Source of the DNA: Minisyncoccota bacterium
GTDB taxonomy: Bacteria; Patescibacteriota; Minisyncoccia; Phycocordibacterales; UBA6065
Direction of reading: 5' to 3'
NCBI GenBank assembly: GCA_036400935.1
Contig: DASWWW010000002.1
Location: forward strand, 63,939 to 127,938
DNA length: 64,000 nt
Shown: positions 28,618 through 36,243 of the stretch, piece after piece
Layout of the letters: the number at the start of each line of letters is the position of its first letter
Position numbering within the stretch: the first letter of the stretch is position 1
The notes under the pieces: model-generated
Told to the model about the DNA's origin: nothing
Databases searched by the model: none
What the model saw: the letters and a program-made list of their open reading frames with translations, nothing else
Position numbers and translations under genes: made by a program

Positions 28618-28932
28618 CTACTTTTTTAGCCTGTCGATCATCATCTTGTAGCCGCCAGTCCCCTCCTTGAGCCATTTGTTGATGCGGGTGATCGTGATGG
28701 GAGAAATGCCCGTCTTGGCCTCGATCTGAGCGAACGTCATGCCGCTGTCGAGCATCTTTGCTATGCCCCATCGCATGTCGAATTCCTGAAGCTCCTTTTC
28801 AGTCATGAGGTCTCGGAAAAACATCCTGAGCTCCTCCTCGTTTTTGAGCGCGAGAAAAGCCTCCCAAACCCCGGAGTTCTGGACCTTAGGCCAAATCCAA
28901 TTCTTGTCTTCGTTTGTTATGTGAGGCGTCAT
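28618..28932 (-). CDS. TrpR-like HTH protein, YerC/YecD family
   Basis: 104 aa, …FFRDLMTEKELQEFDMRWGIAKMLDSGMTFAQIEAKTGISPITITRI…. Confidence 0.75.
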   Translation of the reverse strand: MTPHITNEDKNWIWPKVQNSGVWEAFLALKNEEELRMFFRDLMTEKELQEFDMRWGIAKMLDSGMTFAQIEAKTGISPITITRINKWLKEGTGGYKMMIDRLKK

Positions 28933-28939
28933 ATGAAAA

Positions 28940-30037
28940 CTATATCATGAACTCGATTACATCCCCGTCCTTCACGACGTATTCCTTTCCTTCGGTTCGG
29001 ACGAGTCCCTTCTCGCGAGCTGCAGGGTACGATCCTGCGGCAAGAAGCTTGTCCCACTCGATAATAGAGGCGCGAACGAACTTATCCTTGAAGTCGTTAT
29101 GGATGGCGGTGCCGGCAAGGGGCGCGGTCCAGCCCTTCTTGATCGTCCATCCGCGCGTCTCTTCTACTCCGGTCGTAAAATAGGTAATGAGGCCAAGGAT
29201 CTCGTAGCTCTTCTTGATCAAGAGGTCGATGCCGTTGTCGAGGCCGCCGAGGCCCGCACGCATATCATTCTTTTCCGCCTCGGTCATGTCCTTGAGGTCG
29301 TGCTCGATGCCCGCGTCGACGATGACGTAGTCCGCGCCGCTCTTCTTGATGAAATCGATGAGCTTCGTGAATCGCTCGTCCTTCATCTCGTCGAGATTCC
29401 TGCCTCCCGACTTCTTATTGAGGACGTAGAGGATCTTCTTTGATGTCAAAAGGTGGAGATGCTTGAGGAAAGGCGCCTCGAATTCGTTCGGAACGACTGT
29501 AGACGCGAGCTGGCCGGCCGCGAGCGCAGGCTTGAGCCTTTCAAGGAGGCCCATTTCCAGGATCGCCTCCTTCTTGCCGCCCTTCACCTCCTTGCCGAGG
29601 TTGATCATGCGCTTTGACACGGTATCGAGGTCTGCCGTGACGAGCTCCATATTGATCACCTCAATGTCGAACAGAGGGTCGACCTTGTTCGCGACATGGA
29701 TGATGTCGTCATCCTCGAAGATTCGCACGACTTCGGCGATAGCGTCGGTCTCGCGGATATTAGAGAGGAACTTGTTGCCGAGGCCCTCGCCCGCTGACGC
29801 GCCCTTTACGAGCCCAGCGATATCCACGAACTCTACGGCAGCGGGAATGATCTTTTTTGTCTGCGAAAAGGCCGCTAGCCTGTCGAGGCGCTCGTCAGGA
29901 ACGGCCACGACGCCGACCGACGGGTCGATAGTAGCGAACGGATAGTTAGCCACGAGCACGCTCTTCTTGGTGAGGGCGTTAAAAAGCGTTGATTTTCCGA
30001 CGTTTGGCAGGCCTACGATTCCAATTGATAGTGACAT
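28940..30037 (-). CDS. ychF: Ribosome-binding ATPase YchF
   Basis: IGIVGLPNVGKSTLFNALT G1 motif. 365 aa. C-terminal TGS-like …VKDGDVIEFMI. Confidence 0.9.
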   Translation of the reverse strand: MSLSIGIVGLPNVGKSTLFNALTKKSVLVANYPFATIDPSVGVVAVPDERLDRLAAFSQTKKIIPAAVEFVDIAGLVKGASAGEGLGNKFLSNIRETDAIAEVVRIFEDDDIIHVANKVDPLFDIEVINMELVTADLDTVSKRMINLGKEVKGGKKEAILEMGLLERLKPALAAGQLASTVVPNEFEAPFLKHLHLLTSKKILYVLNKKSGGRNLDEMKDERFTKLIDFIKKSGADYVIVDAGIEHDLKDMTEAEKNDMRAGLGGLDNGIDLLIKKSYEILGLITYFTTGVEETRGWTIKKGWTAPLAGTAIHNDFKDKFVRASIIEWDKLLAAGSYPAAREKGLVRTEGKEYVVKDGDVIEFMI

Positions 30038-30103
30038 GGGTACCAGACTAGCATTTCGGTCTTGTTTTTAAAAGACGGCGCGATATTCTTAATGCGTAGC
30101 AGC

Positions 30104-30235
30104 ATGAGAATTTTCCGCATCTTTCGCGAACTGTTCTTTATGGCGGTCGCCGTAGCGATAATAGTCGGAACACTCTATAAATGGGTTGAATTCGACAAAC
30201 AGAACCGAACAGCAGCTGCGATCACTTCTAAGTGA
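30104..30235 (+). CDS. candidate 43-aa hydrophobic small protein
   Basis: Hand translation MRIFRIFRELFFMAVAVAIIVGTLYKWVEFDKQNRTAAAITSK*. The stop is 6 nt before a clean terminator. It is below the ORF-track cutoff. Confidence 0.3.
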   Translation: MRIFRIFRELFFMAVAVAIIVGTLYKWVEFDKQNRTAAAITSK

Positions 30236-30241
30236 CTGAAG

Positions 30242-30272
30242 GCCAAGAACCCCTTGATTCTTGGCTTTTTTA
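30242..30272 (+). terminator. Rho-independent terminator (GCCAAGAA/TTCTTGGC + T7)
   Basis: Read directly. Confidence 0.6.
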
Positions 30273-30278
30273 TAACTA

Positions 30279-30307
30279 TTGACAATATATACTATATTTG
30301 ATATAAT
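30279..30307 (+). promoter_or_regulatory. consensus sigma-70 promoter TTGACA-N17-TATAAT
   Basis: Perfect hexamers with a 17-nt spacer. The spacer shares TATACTATATTT with the promoter at 57586-57614. Confidence 0.65.
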
Positions 30308-30313
30308 AGTATA

Positions 30314-30500
30314 AGTATAGAACCTTAAAATTGTTGTTGAGAGGCGCAGATAGGAGCAGGCAAGCGTTGTCTTCCCCTATCTGCGCCTCCATGGGGCGGC
30401 GTGGACGATAGGCTTACGGCCTATCGCAACTAAACGTCAGTTAGCAGTTAGGGCGTCAAACGTGTGCCCTTCCCTCAAGGGATAAATCACGCTTCCTCAT
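30314..30500 (+). promoter_or_regulatory. ~190-nt structured 5' leader / candidate cis-regulatory RNA
   Basis: 14-bp stem GAGGCGCAGATAGG (30341-30354) pairs with CCTATCTGCGCCTC (30376-30389). 8-bp stem CGATAGGC/GCCTATCG (30406-30426). No SD in front of the ATG at 30501 (…cttcctcatATG). Confidence 0.35.
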
Positions 30501-30956
30501 ATGCAAAACAGCTACATCGCGAAGATCATCGAGCGCAACATCAAGCCTGAGACCCCTGCCCACCGCGCGCAGTACCTCAAGGCCCGGGCGCTAGTGACCC
30601 AATACCTAGAGTTGGCTACGGACATCAGACTGGGCTGGAGCGAGCTCTTCATGGCCCGTCCGCTCTCGGTACGACTGCTCGATATCTTCAAATCTGTCGG
30701 CATGACCAGCGAGTATGCCGAAGAGATCGTGGGAAACATTCACTACTGCAAGCACCTTGTCGAAGACGTCCTGAAAAGCGGATCCGTCACGGTGCACATG
30801 CAGAAGTGGGATAGTGGCGACCTCCTTGTCATGTTCACCTTCTGGGAGAAAGACAAGAAAAAGGACTCGAGCCTCCATCTCAGCCGCCAGTTCACAGTAA
30901 CCGAACAGGGCGTAGTATACCGGAGCCAGTCCAGGACCGAGTTCCCGGAAAACTAA
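30501..30956 (+). CDS. hypothetical protein (151 aa)
   Basis: ORF flanked by the promoter+leader and a 12-bp-stem terminator. Confidence 0.55.
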   Translation: MQNSYIAKIIERNIKPETPAHRAQYLKARALVTQYLELATDIRLGWSELFMARPLSVRLLDIFKSVGMTSEYAEEIVGNIHYCKHLVEDVLKSGSVTVHMQKWDSGDLLVMFTFWEKDKKKDSSLHLSRQFTVTEQGVVYRSQSRTEFPEN

Positions 30957-30970
30957 TCAACAATAACCCA

Positions 30971-30998
30971 AGCCCCTTCGACGCAAGTCGAAGGGGCT
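30971..30998. terminator. bidirectional hairpin (AGCCCCTTCGAC-gcaa-GTCGAAGGGGCT) between convergent genes
   Basis: Perfect 12-bp stem. Confidence 0.55.
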
Positions 30999-31013
30999 TA
31001 AAACTTATATTCA

Positions 31014-31595
31014 CTATTTCGCCTTTCGTCCGAGGGCAGAGACCCTCTTGTCGAACCTTGCCACTCGATTAGGAGTGATTTTCTCGACATCGCCGATGCG
31101 AGTCATACGAACTGGAGAGAATCCCGAGAACCAGAGCGTAAGCCAGCGCAGATGGGTATAGCTGACATGGAAAAAGAATTTAAGAATGAGGTGATTCGTC
31201 GCCGAGGTCGTAATGATGCGAGCTTGCTTGCCTTTCAGCCGCTTAATCCAGCCGAGGCCGTTCTTGTTCATGTTGTAAGCGAAGCCCGGGAGCCACGCGC
31301 GATCGAAAAGGCCCTTGAGGAGAGCCGGCATGTCACCCCACCATGTTGGGAAGATCAATACGAACGTATCGGCCCACTTCACGTTCTCCTGGACCGTCTT
31401 GAGATCCGGCTCGAGAGCCTGGATCGCCTTGTATCCCATGTGAAGGATCGGATCAAACGAGAGGTCGCCGATATTCATACGGCGCACCTCGTGACCGGCT
31501 GACTTTGCAGCTACCTCGTACGTATCCGCTATATGGCCCGAGAGAGTCTCCTTGTTAGGATGGCCGACGAGAATGAAAACTTTTTTCGGTGCCAT
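31014..31595 (-). CDS. NAD(P)H dehydrogenase (quinone)-like flavoprotein (flavodoxin-like fold)
   Basis: …TFVLIFPTWWGDMPALLKGLFDR… is characteristic of the NQO/flavodoxin_2 family. Confidence 0.75.
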   Translation of the reverse strand: MAPKKVFILVGHPNKETLSGHIADTYEVAAKSAGHEVRRMNIGDLSFDPILHMGYKAIQALEPDLKTVQENVKWADTFVLIFPTWWGDMPALLKGLFDRAWLPGFAYNMNKNGLGWIKRLKGKQARIITTSATNHLILKFFFHVSYTHLRWLTLWFSGFSPVRMTRIGDVEKITPNRVARFDKRVSALGRKAK

Positions 31596-31822
31596 TACTT
31601 TTTCATGAGCTTTGCGAGCTCGTCTTTATACTTTGCCATGAGTTCCATAGCGACGGTCTGCTGGTCCTTGCCCTGCTTGAGGCCGGCCTGGAGCTCTGCG
31701 GCGATGTTCTCGAAGAAATCGGGATTCCTCTCGACCATGTCGAGGATCATCTCCTGCTGGTCTGCCGGAACGTGCTTGAGTTGTGACTTCATCGCCTGCT
31801 TCATCAAAAATTTCTTGATCAT
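31595..31822 (-). CDS. hypothetical small helical protein (75 aa), translationally coupled to the downstream flavoprotein (TAATG overlap)
   Basis: Its stop TAA overlaps the ATG of the next gene by 1 nt. Confidence 0.5.
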   Translation of the reverse strand: MIKKFLMKQAMKSQLKHVPADQQEMILDMVERNPDFFENIAAELQAGLKQGKDQQTVAMELMAKYKDELAKLMKK

Positions 31823-31860
31823 ATTGTTGTGGTGTTTGTATATTCTGCCGGTCTGTCCGC

Positions 31861-33021
31861 TTACTCTACCAAAAAAGGCTTTTGGCCGCTATATATTTCG
31901 AGCGGAACCCTGTCCCAACACGCGTGCGCGCGGTCCGAATAGCTCCAAAGGGCGAGGACTTCCTCTAATCCGACGAATTCGCGGTGCGAGCCGCGGAGGG
32001 CGGCGGCGATCATGGTCTCGTATGCCTCCTTGCCCTTCTTGAAATCATAGCTTTCCTGGGAGCCGTCCCCGTATGAGACGAGGATTGAGGCCTCCGATGA
32101 CGGCATCTTCTTGCCGGATTCAAGGATGATGAGAATCCGATCGAGCATGGTCACGACCCTGAAGGCTGTCTCAGTCACCGATCCTGCGGAAACGCCCTTT
32201 TCGGCGAGATAGCCGTCGTATTGCCCGCGGCGGAAATCGGCGCAAGTATTTTCAGGCGGAATCAGGCGACTCAATACGGACGCGCGGACGGACTGCCAAT
32301 TGCCGTCGCGGGCGCCGCCGGACGCAGACACGAGCGCGAGCGCCACCATCTCGAGCATGTGGTTCTGGCCCACATCGCGAAACGCCCCGACGCCGTCGTA
32401 CGACTCGCCCCGGCCGTCGATCCCCTTCTCCTCGAATATGCGGGCGCGGATCGACTTTATATCGGAATGCTTATCGGTAGCGTCCATGAGGCATTGGGCC
32501 GCCTCTTTTGAAAGGTAGTGGTCGATGCGGTATATATCGGCCTCATCAAGTCCGGTCGTCAAAACATCATTAAGCTCGCGAGCGGTAGCGCCGTTCGTCC
32601 CAAAAGGTTTTTCCACGAGCAACTTGACCTGGCCCCGGACAGCGATGCCGGCTTTAAAGAGAGCCTTAGCCACGACAGCGTGAAATTGAGGCGCGAGAGA
32701 CAGATAAACAGCGATCTGCGCGTCAGGAATTTCCTTTTTGTATTGGAAAATCTTGCTGGCAAGCTCCTCGTAGCCGGTACCCGCGCCGATATCGATCTTT
32801 GAATAGCGTAAGGCTGCAGAAAATTTCGCAGACGGAGCCTTTTTCGAAGTCTTTGCCACGTGATCAAGGAAAGCCTCGTCGTCCCAGTCGCGCCGCGACA
32901 CGCCGATCACCTTCGAATCGCTCGAAATCGTGCCGCCACTGAAAAGCACGTCGAGCGCCGGAAAGATTTTCTTCTGCGCCAGGTCGCCGGTCGCTCCGAA
33001 TAGGATAAATATGCTTTTCAT
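31861..33021 (-). CDS. zwf: Glucose-6-phosphate 1-dehydrogenase-like (short, 386 aa)
   Basis: N-terminal GATGDLAQKKIFPAL and the RIDHYLSKE signature. Confidence 0.75.
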   Translation of the reverse strand: MKSIFILFGATGDLAQKKIFPALDVLFSGGTISSDSKVIGVSRRDWDDEAFLDHVAKTSKKAPSAKFSAALRYSKIDIGAGTGYEELASKIFQYKKEIPDAQIAVYLSLAPQFHAVVAKALFKAGIAVRGQVKLLVEKPFGTNGATARELNDVLTTGLDEADIYRIDHYLSKEAAQCLMDATDKHSDIKSIRARIFEEKGIDGRGESYDGVGAFRDVGQNHMLEMVALALVSASGGARDGNWQSVRASVLSRLIPPENTCADFRRGQYDGYLAEKGVSAGSVTETAFRVVTMLDRILIILESGKKMPSSEASILVSYGDGSQESYDFKKGKEAYETMIAAALRGSHREFVGLEEVLALWSYSDRAHACWDRVPLEIYSGQKPFLVE

Positions 33022-33048
33022 AAAGGCTGGAAGCAGGAAAAGTATACA

Positions 33049-33079
33049 AGAAAAAAAGGCCCCGCACGAATGCGGGGCC
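33049..33079 (-). terminator. Rho-independent terminator (GGCCCCGCA-ttcg-TGCGGGGCC + T7)
   Basis: Read on the minus strand after the 33091 stop. Confidence 0.65.
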
Positions 33080-33090
33080 CAGGCGGCTTT

Positions 33091-33540
33091 CTAAAAGCGG
33101 TAATCAAAAAAGAAGGTTCGTTTGCGATGAGGCCGGAGATTGATGGTGATATCCTCGTCCTTCAGCAGCGGCGCCTGCATACGCAGGCCCTTCTTGATAT
33201 TGAATGTGCCCGTTGTATTCAGGAACTTCACCTCACGGACCCCTTGCAGCTGCCGGAATTCGCGAGCGCCGCCGATGAACGTGCCCAGGAACGGGACGTC
33301 CTCGTAGGTAAAGGTGTCCGGCAAAGCGGCGGTTCGACCAATGGTCGGCTCGGAGATCAGGCTGCCCTTGGACTTCTTGGCGAACAGACGATCGAGCTTG
33401 GCCTCGAGGCGGACCCAATCGAGATCGGGCTCCTGCTCGATTTCGGCAAACAAGGGCTCGGGAACGAACAGGGCTTGAGCGAACAGGCCCGACACGAACA
33501 CTGACAGTGCGAGAAACGCTGACAGAACGCGAGCTTTCAT
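33091..33540 (-). CDS. hypothetical secreted protein (signal peptide)
   Basis: MKARVLSAFLALSVFVSGLFAQA signal-like N-terminus. 149 aa. Confidence 0.55.
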   Translation of the reverse strand: MKARVLSAFLALSVFVSGLFAQALFVPEPLFAEIEQEPDLDWVRLEAKLDRLFAKKSKGSLISEPTIGRTAALPDTFTYEDVPFLGTFIGGAREFRQLQGVREVKFLNTTGTFNIKKGLRMQAPLLKDEDITINLRPHRKRTFFFDYRF

Positions 33541-33657
33541 GGGAATAAGAGCGGGAGTTAAGACGCAGTATTGCTTTTCCCAGTATAGTCAGCGGAAAAG
33601 CTAAGTCTAGGAAGGTTGTACACAGGTGATGTTCAGGCAGGTTTTCTTGACGCTTTG

Positions 33658-33730
33658 TGGACCCTACCGGATTCGAACCGGTCGCCTCGTCCATGCCATG
33701 GACGCGCTCTACCGAATGAGCTAAGGGCCC
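33658..33730 (-). tRNA. tRNA-Ala (anticodon GGC)
   Basis: Folded by hand into a cloverleaf: acceptor GGGCCCT/AGGGTCC with G3:U70, anticodon loop AT-GGC-AT, T-loop TTCGAAT, discriminator A. No encoded CCA. Confidence 0.85.
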
Positions 33731-33928
33731 GACGGCGATATTCTAAGCTATTTCATTGAAAATACATAGCGCAACACGTCGAAGCATAGACACTTTAGGA
33801 AAAATTGATCGTAAAGAGGGGTAAATTTAATATAAATGTAATATAAGCTCCCCTGTTCCGACTTGTAGTTAACGTTATAAGAACGTTCGCGTGAATGCGT
33901 TTTAAAAAATCTTAAACATTTTCATCAT

Positions 33929-35578
33929 ATGACAACAAACGATCTTTCGATCAGATCCCTGCGAAGGCCGTATCAAATGATGGTACTCGCTACCCTCATC
34001 GCGGCGGCTCTCGTGGGATTGCTTTTGATCCCAATCACCAAGGCGGACGCGCAGGAAGCGCCTGCCGACGAGGTGTCGTTCTCTTTCGTCGGTACCACTC
34101 CTAACACGGGCAACCGCGTAGCCGGAGAGAAGATCGACGTTTACTTCCAGGAATCCAGCAATCGAAACGACCTCACCCTTACTTCTTGTACCATTAACGG
34201 CTTGCAGCAGACCGCCCTCCTCAATCTTTCCGGCGGCCTCTACCAGATCGTCTACAACGTAGGCTCGAGCGATGAGGAGCGAAACGCGGGAGCTATCCCG
34301 GTAAACTGTACGTTCCAGACCCCATTGGGCACTACCATTACCGCGACAGCATGGACCGACAACAACATGCTCGGCATCGACAGCAACAGCAACGGCCAGA
34401 TCGACAGCGTGACAGTGCCTTCATTCTCGAACGTCGGAGTCATCCCAACCTCGGGAACCCTCACCACAGGCGATCACCTCGAAATCTTCTTTGACGAGCA
34501 GAATCACCAGAACGACCTTACCCAGGTAGGAGCCTGCTTGGTCAACGGCGTAGACATCGGCGCAATCCAGAACCTCTCGGGCGGACTCTACAAGGGAATC
34601 TACACGGTATCAGCGACTGATACTCCTCGCGAGGCTGGCCAGATCCCAGTAGACTGCAAGCTCGGAAACTCTTCGGGCACCGCACACGCGACAGCCTGGA
34701 CCGACAATAACACCGTAGCGATCGCATTCTCCAACGATGGCGGTAATAGCGGAGGCAACGATGGCAACAACGAAAACGGCACATCTACAGCTTCGACTAC
34801 CCCTACCCTTGGAAACGTCGGCGTAGTCCCATCAACCGGAACCCTCACCACAGGCGACATCCTCGAAGTCTTCTTCAACGAACAGAACCAGATGAACGAC
34901 CTCGTAGCGACCAGCACTTGTACTGTTAACGGCGTGAATATCGCGCCTCTCCAGAACCTTACTGGCGGACTCTACAAGGGAATCTACACCGTCTCAGCAA
35001 CCGACACGCCTCGAACTGCAGGCCAGATACCAGTCGACTGTACCCTGGAGAACGCTTCAGGCTCGATGCGAGCGACAGCATGGACGGACAACAACACCGT
35101 AGCGATCGCTTTTGACGGCGGCAACGGAAATAACGGCGGAAACAATGGCGGCAACAACGGAAACGGTACTTCTACAGCAACGACTACGGACGCAGCTCTC
35201 GCTCTCACCTCTATCTCTCAGTCACAGGGCACCGCTTCAGCGAACGGAAACTATGCTGACGGCTGGAAGTGGGTATTCCATGTCACGGCTCCAAGCAACG
35301 AAACTTCCCTTCAGTTCCGCTTCTCAGACTGGATCAACGGGTCAAACGGAAGCAGCACGATCTCATCGGCTAACAACATCCAAATCTCTTCAGCCCAGTC
35401 CTCTTCAGGAGTCGTCGCGATCACCGGAACAGACATCTACTCGAACGCCCTTACCCTCACAGGCGACCTCGACGCGAACATGCCGGGCCGACAGGTAGAA
35501 GTCCTCGTCGAAATGCGCGTACCGTCAGGATCGACTAACGGCTCGTACTCGACATCGTACGGAATCCGCAGCTACTAA
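33929..35578 (+). CDS. secreted/surface protein with three ~117-127-aa tandem repeats separated by N/G-rich linkers
   Basis: N-terminal signal/TM. Repeats share GVIPxSGTLTTGDxLExFFxEQN…QNLxGGLYKGIYTVSATDTPRxAGQIPVDCxL…ATAWTDNNTVAIAF. Confidence 0.8.
   Translation: MTTNDLSIRSLRRPYQMMVLATLIAAALVGLLLIPITKADAQEAPADEVSFSFVGTTPNTGNRVAGEKIDVYFQESSNRNDLTLTSCTINGLQQTALLNLSGGLYQIVYNVGSSDEERNAGAIPVNCTFQTPLGTTITATAWTDNNMLGIDSNSNGQIDSVTVPSFSNVGVIPTSGTLTTGDHLEIFFDEQNHQNDLTQVGACLVNGVDIGAIQNLSGGLYKGIYTVSATDTPREAGQIPVDCKLGNSSGTAHATAWTDNNTVAIAFSNDGGNSGGNDGNNENGTSTASTTPTLGNVGVVPSTGTLTTGDILEVFFNEQNQMNDLVATSTCTVNGVNIAPLQNLTGGLYKGIYTVSATDTPRTAGQIPVDCTLENASGSMRATAWTDNNTVAIAFDGGNGNNGGNNGGNNGNGTSTATTTDAALALTSISQSQGTASANGNYADGWKWVFHVTAPSNETSLQFRFSDWINGSNGSSTISSANNIQISSAQSSSGVVAITGTDIYSNALTLTGDLDANMPGRQVEVLVEMRVPSGSTNGSYSTSYGIRSY
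34073..35188 (+). repeat. three imperfect direct repeats (~351-381 bp units) inside the surface-protein gene
   Basis: Long near-identical DNA blocks, e.g. ggactctacaagggaatctacac…cctcg appears at ~34578 and ~34963. Confidence 0.75.
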
Positions 35579-35600
35579 TAGCAACTAAGAACACCTTATT

Positions 35601-36173
35601 ATGACCAGACACTTTACAAAGGTAGCCGCGATCACGGTCCTCGCGTCGATCGTCTCGATAACCGCAGGCATCGCTTACGCCTCGGCATCAGAGATCACAG
35701 GCGGAGTCTCGTCTAACCCTCAGGTAGTTGCCGGCTCGCACGCCACAGGCACGATCGCAGGCAATATCGGCCAGAACTCAGCGGCTCCAACGGAAAGCGA
35801 AGAGCTTACCAACACCTCCCGATCGGGCGGAAGGAGCTCGTCGCGAGTCGTGACGACAACCACATCGCCGGCTGACAGCACCTTCATCAGCTTTGCGGGA
35901 ACTGTCGGAGAGGCTGAGTACACCGCTCCCGCCTACGACGATACCGTCCTCGCCGTCAGCGACGATTCTGATCTCGAGACCGTAGTCGAGACTGACGCCG
36001 CCACAGGAAGCGCAGCCATCATCGATGAGGCGATCCAGGAGGATCAGAATACTGACAACCTCGCCGCAGTCGGAGCTCTCGGAGCGATCAACTGGGGCAC
36101 ATGGACGATGATTCTCGTCGGCCTCGTAGCGATCGGGGGAATCGCGTACGGAGTGAACAAGCTCATAGTCTAA
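35601..36173 (+). CDS. hypothetical surface protein with N-terminal signal/TM and C-terminal TM anchor; acidic, S/T-rich middle
   Basis: N-terminus VAAITVLASIVSITAGIAYASA. C-terminus …INWGTWTMILVGLVAIGGIAYGVNKLIV*. Confidence 0.65.
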   Translation: MTRHFTKVAAITVLASIVSITAGIAYASASEITGGVSSNPQVVAGSHATGTIAGNIGQNSAAPTESEELTNTSRSGGRSSSRVVTTTTSPADSTFISFAGTVGEAEYTAPAYDDTVLAVSDDSDLETVVETDAATGSAAIIDEAIQEDQNTDNLAAVGALGAINWGTWTMILVGLVAIGGIAYGVNKLIV

Positions 36174-36181
36174 AAAAATAG

Positions 36182-36237
36182 AAAAAAGGCCGTTCGCACG
36201 TCCAAGTCGGGGAAGGACTAACGAACGGCCTTTTTTC
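36182..36237. terminator. bidirectional terminator (GGCCGTTCG … CGAACGGCC, A6/T6 flanks)
   Basis: Lies between convergent genes. Confidence 0.55.
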
Positions 36238-36243
36238 TATTTC

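Noticed and set aside
30340-30430. Possible SRP (4.5S) RNA or other known housekeeping RNA in the structured leader
   Set aside because: The apical region lacks the conserved GGAA tetraloop and AGCAGC/GGAAG domain-IV motifs of SRP RNA. It is too short for RNase P or tmRNA and has no tRNA-like end. It is therefore left as an unclassified structured leader.
33091-33540. C-terminal …FDYRF as an outer-membrane beta-barrel signature
   Set aside because: A single terminal aromatic motif in a 149-aa protein is insufficient. The rest of the window gives no evidence of an outer membrane.
33233-33694. 153-aa minus-strand ORF spanning the tRNA-Ala(GGC) gene
   Set aside because: It overlaps the tRNA and the real 33091-33540 gene in another frame. 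Arg/Ser-rich junk translation.
33541-33928. Mobile element or integrase next to the tRNA genes
   Set aside because: tRNA 3' ends are common integration sites, but neither tRNA-Ala locus is flanked by integrase/recombinase-like ORFs or direct repeats of the tRNA 3' end.
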